Shown: positions 16,206 through 20,000 of the stretch, piece after piece
Layout: each line of letters begins with the position of its first letter
How positions within the stretch are numbered: the stretch's first letter is position 1
Virus record (IMG/VR): IMGVR_UViG_3300022867_000010
Source of the DNA: an uncultured virus (IMG/VR IMGVR_UViG_3300022867_000010)
Taxonomy: Duplodnaviria > Heunggongvirae > Uroviricota > Caudoviricetes
Length of the DNA: 20,000 bases
Direction: 5' to 3' (one strand)
Made by a program: the position numbers and the translations under genes
The notes under the pieces: model-generated
What the model saw: the letters and a program-made list of their open reading frames with translations, nothing else
Database searches by the model: none
What the model was told of the DNA's origin: nothing

Positions 16206-16277
16206 TGGTAGCGGAAAGAGGACTTGAACCTCTGCTTCACAGGTTATGAGCCTGGAATGCAACCGTTGCGTTCCGCG
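16206..16277 (-). tRNA. tRNA-Met(CAU), initiator-like, compact D-arm
   Basis: C1:U72 mismatch, CGCGG start, loop CTCATAA; only two of the three G-C anticodon-stem pairs. Confidence 0.78.
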
Positions 16278-16283
16278 TTAAAA

Positions 16284-16349
16284 AGGTCGAGAGCGCAGGA
16301 CTTGAACCTGACTATGATTCCCGTATAGGGACTTAACATTGTACTCTCT
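16284..16349 (-). pseudogene. Degenerate tRNA-like element without a D arm
   Basis: GAGAGT/GCTCTC acceptor, CAGG-TTCAAGT-CCTG T arm, TCCC/GGGA hairpin, ends ACCT. Confidence 0.5.
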
Positions 16350-16417
16350 ATAAATTGGCGGCAAACTTTCCATTCGCCTTGCTGATCACCTTGTACAAAG
16401 TGGTAGCATCTACATGT

Positions 16418-16493
16418 TGGCGACCCTTACGAGTTTTGATCTCGTTGCCTCCACCTTGACAGGGTGGCGCTCTCCCGATTGAGCTAAAGGGTC
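16418..16493 (-). tRNA. tRNA-Asp(GUC)
   Basis: Canonical cloverleaf, loop CTGTCAA, G73, CCA. Confidence 0.9.
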
Positions 16494-16511
16494 TTAATTT
16501 AAAATATTCTG

Positions 16512-16671
16512 TCAGGATGGTTGGACTCGAACCATCCATCTAAAGCATTTAGTCAGGACGGCTGGATTCGAACCAGCGTCTCCGCGTTCCAAACGCGGTA
16601 CTAAACCAAGCTCAGCTACGCCCGGACTAAATGCTCTATAAACGTGACTTACCAAGCTAACCTACACCCTG
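16512..16671 (-). ncRNA. Outer tRNA-Pro-like shell enclosing a complete tRNA-Pro
   Basis: CAGGGTG/CATCCTG-A acceptor, D-like TAGGTTAGCTTGGTAAGTC, T arm GATGG-TTCGAGT-CCAAC; anticodon arm replaced by a 13-bp stem carrying the inner tRNA. Confidence 0.7.
16553..16625 (-). tRNA. tRNA-Pro(UGG), nested, no encoded CCA
   Basis: C1-G72, A73, anticodon arm CCGCG-TTTGGAA-CGCGG, T arm GCTGG-TTCGAAT-CCAGC. Confidence 0.88.
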
Positions 16672-16688
16672 ACACAATATTCTAAATT

Positions 16689-16764
16689 TGGTGCGTCCTC
16701 GAGGAATCGAACCTCGTTATCTGGTTCTTCAAACCAGCGCATTGACCACAACTGCCTAAGACGC
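16689..16764 (-). tRNA. tRNA-Phe(GAA)
   Basis: Loop TTGAAGA, canonical T arm, CCA. Confidence 0.88.
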
Positions 16765-16769
16765 GTAAT

Positions 16770-16844
16770 TGGAGCCCCTAGTCGGAATCGAACCAACTTA
16801 TCCGGATTACAAAACCGGTGCATCACCTTTTATGCTTTAGGGGC
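16770..16844 (-). tRNA. tRNA-Thr(UGU)
   Basis: GCCCCTA/TAGGGGC, loop TTTGTAA, CCA. Confidence 0.9.
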
Positions 16845-16848
16845 GTTT

Positions 16849-17003
16849 TGGCATTCCCGATAGGACTCGAACCCTGAACTTGACTTTAGAAGAATCGTGT
16901 GATTTCCAGTTTTACCATACACGCATTATTTGTTATCATGTAATATACACGTTACCTTATATCGACTTATTGCAACGTGCCTATCCAATTAGACTACGGG
17001 AAC
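16849..17003 (-). tRNA. Composite or interrupted tRNA-Arg(UCU), 155 nt with two D arms
   Basis: 5' GTTCCCG (17003) pairs with CGGGAAT-G-CCA (16849); about 80 extra nt lie between the first D arm and a second D arm; loop CTTCTAA. Confidence 0.6.
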
Positions 17004-17047
17004 ATTAAATTGCACAGTAACATTGCTGTTGTTACTGTTTTAAAAAT

Positions 17048-17124
17048 TGGCTCCAAACCTAGGCTACGATCCTAGCACGCTTGCATTAACAGTGCAATGC
17101 CCCCACCTAGAGGGCCCGTTTGGA
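17048..17124 (-). tRNA. tRNA-Asn(GUU) with 6-bp D stem
   Basis: TCCAAAC/GTTTGGA, loop CTGTTAA, G73, CCA. Confidence 0.87.
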
Positions 17125-17200
17125 ATAAATTGGCTCAACCGTATTTTTTTATAAGGCAGCTGAGTTCCTCCTTAGATGATTTACAATTTTTTTTCTACGA

Positions 17201-17446
17201 TCAAGAGTTCGAACTCAAAGAAAGTTTATAAAAATTGTTGCTGCAGCACTGACATCTCAGTTGAATCGTAAGAATACTTTTTGATGGTGATCTGCAAACC
17301 ATATGCAGCGTTATTACCATTAAAAAGTAATCTTTGATTGTTTTCTTAAAATTTGACTTACCCTTTCGAGTATAATCTTTTTTCTTGTCACGCATTACAA
17401 CAGACTTGTTATAAGTACGAGCATGTTTTGCCACTGGATTTTTCAT
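17201..17446 (-). CDS. Small basic protein, ArfA-like (alternative ribosome rescue factor candidate)
   Basis: AGGAGG RBS before ATG 17446; MKNPVAKHARTYNKSVVMRDKKKDYTRKGK resembles the ArfA core ending SYxRKGKH. Confidence 0.55.
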   Translation of the reverse strand: MKNPVAKHARTYNKSVVMRDKKKDYTRKGKSNFKKTIKDYFLMVITLHMVCRSPSKSILTIQLRCQCCSNNFYKLSLSSNS

Positions 17447-17637
17447 CCCGTTCCTCCTATGAAAGATTAATAAAGGCATCTGATTGGCTGCCCAGCAACT
17501 GAGCACTCGCACCAATCATATCCTCGCGGTGATTCTATCATCAAATAGTTAGCGAATCACCGCTTTGTATATTCTAATTTATTGAAGATCATTCATCAGA
17601 GGAACACCCCGATGTATTTCTTATTTCTTATACATGT

Positions 17638-17666
17638 ATTATAACATGGTTTTTCGAACTTGTCAA
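17638..17666 (-). promoter_or_regulatory. Sigma70-type promoter reading into the ArfA-like ORF and the left tRNA block
   Basis: TTGACA-17-TATAAT, extended -10. Confidence 0.8.
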
Positions 17667-17674
17667 TCTTTTTT

Positions 17675-17729
17675 CTTAATTTTCTTTATAATTAATTGTT
17701 ATATCGTTATAATTATAAAGAAAATTAAG
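17675..17729. repeat. Perfect 20-bp inverted repeat with 15-nt spacer
   Basis: cttaattttctttataatta (17675-17694) and taattataaagaaaattaag (17710-17729). Confidence 0.9.
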
Positions 17730-17857
17730 GCCTGATTTGCAGGCCTTAACCATATCTTATGTCGTCTTCTTCTATATTTTTCTATTTTTCAACTAAAGGA
17801 ATTCTTAATTCTTGATTCTTGATCAGCATTTACAAATTCCCAATTTCCTATACATTC

Positions 17858-17886
17858 ATTATAACAGGATTTAGTACCTGTGTCAA
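17858..17886 (-). promoter_or_regulatory. Sigma70-type promoter
   Basis: TTGACA-17-TATAAT, extended -10. Confidence 0.8.
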
Positions 17887-17923
17887 CAACTAATTGCAAT
17901 ATTCTTATAATTAGATTCAGTAC

Positions 17924-18091
17924 TTATCGTAGTGAACTAATGATATCAGCGATGGAAGCGGGTTTAGCTTGACTGTACGTCTTTACAGCATATTCATAAT
18001 TATTATCAAGCATTTTTGCTACATCATTCTCATTGTTTCCCCATTTTAATAACAATTTAGTTACCTTGGATTTGAATTTATTCTGTATCAT
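17924..18091 (-). CDS. Hypothetical early protein (55 aa), not in the ORF track
   Basis: MIQNKFKSKVTKLLLKWGNN...ISSLR*, directly downstream of the promoter at 18117-18145. Confidence 0.65.
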   Translation of the reverse strand: MIQNKFKSKVTKLLLKWGNNENDVAKMLDNNYEYAVKTYSQAKPASIADIISSLR

Positions 18092-18116
18092 AATATTTCT
18101 CAATTTCTATACATGT

Positions 18117-18145
18117 ATTATACCATAGTCCCGGCAATATGTCAA
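18117..18145 (-). promoter_or_regulatory. Sigma70-type promoter
   Basis: TTGACA-17-TATAAT, extended -10. Confidence 0.8.
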
Positions 18146-18192
18146 CAACTAATTTCAGTTTAGTTAGAACTTATGGTTATATCGATATAATT

Positions 18193-18266
18193 TGGTTCTC
18201 AATGATGGTAACGATCCACCGTCGTTCGGTTATCAGCCGAATGCTCTACCTTTGAGCTAATCGAGA
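18193..18266 (-). tRNA. tRNA-Ile(GAU)
   Basis: Cloverleaf, loop CTGATAA, A73, CCA. Confidence 0.9.
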
Positions 18267-18291
18267 ATAATTTCTCATTTCCTATACATTT

Positions 18292-18320
18292 ATTATAACA
18301 GGATTTTGTGCCTATGTCAA
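18292..18320 (-). promoter_or_regulatory. Sigma70-type promoter upstream of tRNA-Ile
   Basis: TTGACA-17-TATAAT, extended -10. Confidence 0.8.
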
Positions 18321-18345
18321 CCTTTATTTTTAATTTATTCAGTCC

Positions 18346-18379
18346 AAAAAAAACCCCAATCTGTGAAGAGTTGGGGTTT
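18346..18379 (-). terminator. Intrinsic terminator (candidate attenuator)
   Basis: AAACCCCAA-C-TCT-TCAC-AGA-TTGGGG followed by T8. Confidence 0.88.
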
Positions 18380-18409
18380 GGTATTCTTGAATATGGTTTT
18401 TATATCAAG

Positions 18410-18520
18410 TTATACTTTCCCCAAGCCAATATCGGCCATGCTCGCCCAATTGCCGCGATCATTGATCGTCGGATATTGAATCGATATAAACTGTTGTCTT
18501 AGGGAAGTCATTTTGCTCAT
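18410..18520 (-). CDS. Putative leader peptide (36 aa), not in the ORF track
   Basis: MSKMTSLRQQFISIQYPTINDRGNWASMADIGLGKV*; its last codons form one strand of an antiterminator; no clear RBS. Confidence 0.55.
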   Translation of the reverse strand: MSKMTSLRQQFISIQYPTINDRGNWASMADIGLGKV

Positions 18521-18568
18521 TAATTTTGGTTATGTATTATATATACAAGTTTTGTGCTTAATCTAAAT

Positions 18569-18898
18569 TTATTTTAAACTAAATGATTCACCACATCCAC
18601 ATGCCTGTCCTGCCAGTGGATTGTTAAATGTCAAGCCAGACTCGAATAGTTTCTTAACGTAGTCAACTTCCATTCCATCGATAAACAATATAGATTTCTT
18701 ATCAACAAATATAGACACGCCGTCATGAGCATCCGTGAACTTGTAATCATATTCATCAGGCGTCTCCACGAATTCAACCAGATATTGATAACCACCACAA
18801 CCAGCACCTTCTACACCAAATCGAACTCCTATAGTCTCGATTCCACGGTTATCAATCTCCCATTTGATAAATTGTGATGCATCTTTGGTTAATGTCAA
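18569..18898 (-). CDS. iscA: A-type Fe-S cluster carrier protein (IscA/HesB family)
   Basis: LT..A...I...GVRFGV...GC.G..Y...VD.KS..F.DG..VDY......G..F.NP.....CGCGESF. Start set at TTG 18898 (GAGG RBS, 109 aa) instead of GTG 19012. Confidence 0.92.
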   Translation of the reverse strand: MTLTKDASQFIKWEIDNRGIETIGVRFGVEGAGCGGYQYLVEFVETPDEYDYKFTDAHDGVSIFVDKKSILFIDGMEVDYVKKLFESGLTFNNPLAGQACGCGESFSLK

Positions 18899-18954
18899 AC
18901 CCACAACCTCAAGTTTTTGTGCAGGTATATTGAAATTTATGTCTGGCTCGATAT

Positions 18955-19176
18955 TCACGATATCTCTGCTTGCTTTGCGGACTGCAGCATAGTAATGTGC
19001 TTTCTGATCCACCTCATAAACATAATGGCCCGATCTGAGGCCATTAATGAAGCGCCGCCCACATCAGCAATAGGTACTGGGAAATTAAAACCACAAGCAG
19101 TAGAGTACCACAATTCCCCTTCTCTGTAATATTGGAAGGTTACTTGCTTGTTCTTGACCATGTCTTTGATATTCAT
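18955..19176 (-). CDS. Hypothetical phage protein (73 aa)
   Basis: MNIKDMVK...V.F.YYR.GELWY....GF.FPVP..D.G.A......A..FMRWIRKH. The track's longer start runs through two tRNAs. Confidence 0.8.
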   Translation of the reverse strand: MNIKDMVKNKQVTFQYYREGELWYSTACGFNFPVPIADVGGASLMASDRAIMFMRWIRKHITMLQSAKQAEIS

Positions 19177-19201
19177 AATATTTCCTGTTTCCTGTTTAAA
19201 A

Positions 19202-19278
19202 TGGTACGTCGAGCGGGAGTCGAACCCGCAACATCTGGATTTTAAGTCCAGCGCCTCTGCCAATTGGACCACCGACGC
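19202..19278 (-). tRNA. tRNA-Leu(UAA), short variable loop
   Basis: Loop CTTAAAA, D loop CAATTGGCAGA, A73, CCA. Confidence 0.9.
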
Positions 19279-19284
19279 ATAATT

Positions 19285-19362
19285 TGGTACCACCACTCGG
19301 ATTCGAACCGAGACATTAACTACTTTTGAAACAGTCCCCTCTGCCAATTGGGGTATGGTGGT
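19285..19362 (-). tRNA. tRNA-Leu(CAA), short variable loop
   Basis: Loop TTCAAAA, CCA. Confidence 0.85.
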
Positions 19363-19389
19363 ATTATTCTAACCTAAGTCAGATTAATT

Positions 19390-19464
19390 TGGTGTCTCTA
19401 GGGGGAATCGAACCCCCTACTCTTGGGTGAAAGCCAAGTGATCTAACCGGTAATCCATAGAGAC
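19390..19464 (-). tRNA. tRNA-Glu(UUC)
   Basis: GTCTCTA/TAGAGAC, loop CTTTCAC, CCA. Confidence 0.9.
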
Positions 19465-19470
19465 GTAAAA

Positions 19471-19546
19471 TGGTGGGTCCACAGAGATTCGAACTCTGAT
19501 AACCGGATTAAAAGTCCGGGATAATTGCCCTTTATATTATGGACCC
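19471..19546 (-). tRNA. tRNA-Lys(UUU)
   Basis: GGGTCCA/TGGACCC, loop CTTTTAA, CCA. Confidence 0.9.
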
Positions 19547-19582
19547 AGGTCCGCTTTGTTATCGTGTAGCGTTCACGCATTT

Positions 19583-19665
19583 TGGTACGAGGAGAGGGAC
19601 TCGAACCCTCAAAGGCCTGGTTTCTAAAACCAGTAGATCTGCCAATTCTCATTAGCCACCCTCGC
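19583..19665 (-). tRNA. tRNA-Leu(UAG), enlarged D region
   Basis: Loop TTTAGAA, canonical T arm, CCA; about 6 extra nt between acceptor and D loop. Confidence 0.82.
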
Positions 19666-19682
19666 ATTAAATCCTCAACTTA

Positions 19683-19910
19683 TTAAGTTGTTTTTCTTTT
19701 TCTATATCGTAGACGGTTGCGGCAAGCGTAAGCAGTCCCGCGGTTATTATCAACTCCCATCATCAAATTAGTGATCTCATTAAATACAGCAACTGGCACC
19801 TCGCCATTATCCATAATATGACTATTGGCAAGTTTACCTTTACCCATCTTACGAAGATGTTGCATTTTGACCTTAATCATAACGGGCATTGTTTTCCATA
19901 TAACCATCAT
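19683..19910 (-). CDS. Hypothetical basic protein
   Basis: 75-aa ORF filling the gap between two tRNAs. Confidence 0.55.
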   Translation of the reverse strand: MMVIWKTMPVMIKVKMQHLRKMGKGKLANSHIMDNGEVPVAVFNEITNLMMGVDNNRGTAYACRNRLRYRKRKTT

Positions 19911-19924
19911 ACTATTCTCTTATT

Positions 19925-20000
19925 TGGTACATCTGACGGGGATCGAACCCGCATTTCCCTGATTGAAAGTCAAGTTGCCTATTCCAGTTAGCAGACAGAT
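19925..20000 (-). tRNA. tRNA-Glu(UUC), second copy, 5' end cut by the window edge
   Basis: Loop CTTTCAA, GCGGG-TTCGATC-CCCGT T arm, CCA. Confidence 0.8.

Noticed and set aside
17485..17505. Third microhelix TGCTCAG-TTG-CTGGGCA-G-CCA
   Set aside because: Its CCA is paired within the larger TGATTGG/CCAATCA stem, so it is treated as part of the leader structure.
18308..18502. Plus-strand 64-aa ORF over the attenuator region
   Set aside because: Antisense to all local transcription signals and spans a terminator; the minus-strand 36-codon ORF fits the context better.
19202..19665. tRNA-Leu without a long variable arm as a novelty
   Set aside because: Short-arm Leu tRNAs are commonly seen in phage arrays.
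13998..19667. Track ORFs 13998-14180, 14740-14991, 15327-15617, 16348-16539, 19443-19667 and the 5' extensions of 17201-17515 and 18955-19347
   Set aside because: They run through tRNA genes or structured leaders and lack an RBS; these are chance open frames.

Overview
Fragment of an AT-rich T4-like myophage genome. Left part (+ strand) is a late structural block: gp4, gp2, gp54-like, gp26, gp51-like, a small membrane protein and a gp29-like tape measure gene, with a free-standing GIY-YIG endonuclease inverted between gp4 and gp2. The rest is on the minus strand: M15 endolysin, gp32, gp59, gp33, a run of small accessory ORFs behind near-identical TTGACA-17-TATAAT promoters, RtcB, a DenV-family gene, and a ~6 kb tRNA array. 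The array holds about 27 tRNA genes covering 19 amino acids, a second GIY-YIG endonuclease, IscA and an ArfA-like ORF. Main findings: (1) an unannotated 36-codon leader ORF with mutually exclusive antiterminator/terminator hairpins inside the array, which looks like an attenuator sensing general tRNA shortage; (2) a complete tRNA-Pro nested in the anticodon arm of a second tRNA-Pro-like shell; (3) a U-UUU-UUC -1 frameshift site that would fuse gp26 to gp51 upstream of the tape measure gene; (4) an ArfA-like ORF with an internal long hairpin; (5) many non-canonical tRNA folds. All RNA folds were read by eye and all protein calls come from motif recognition and synteny; no searches were run.
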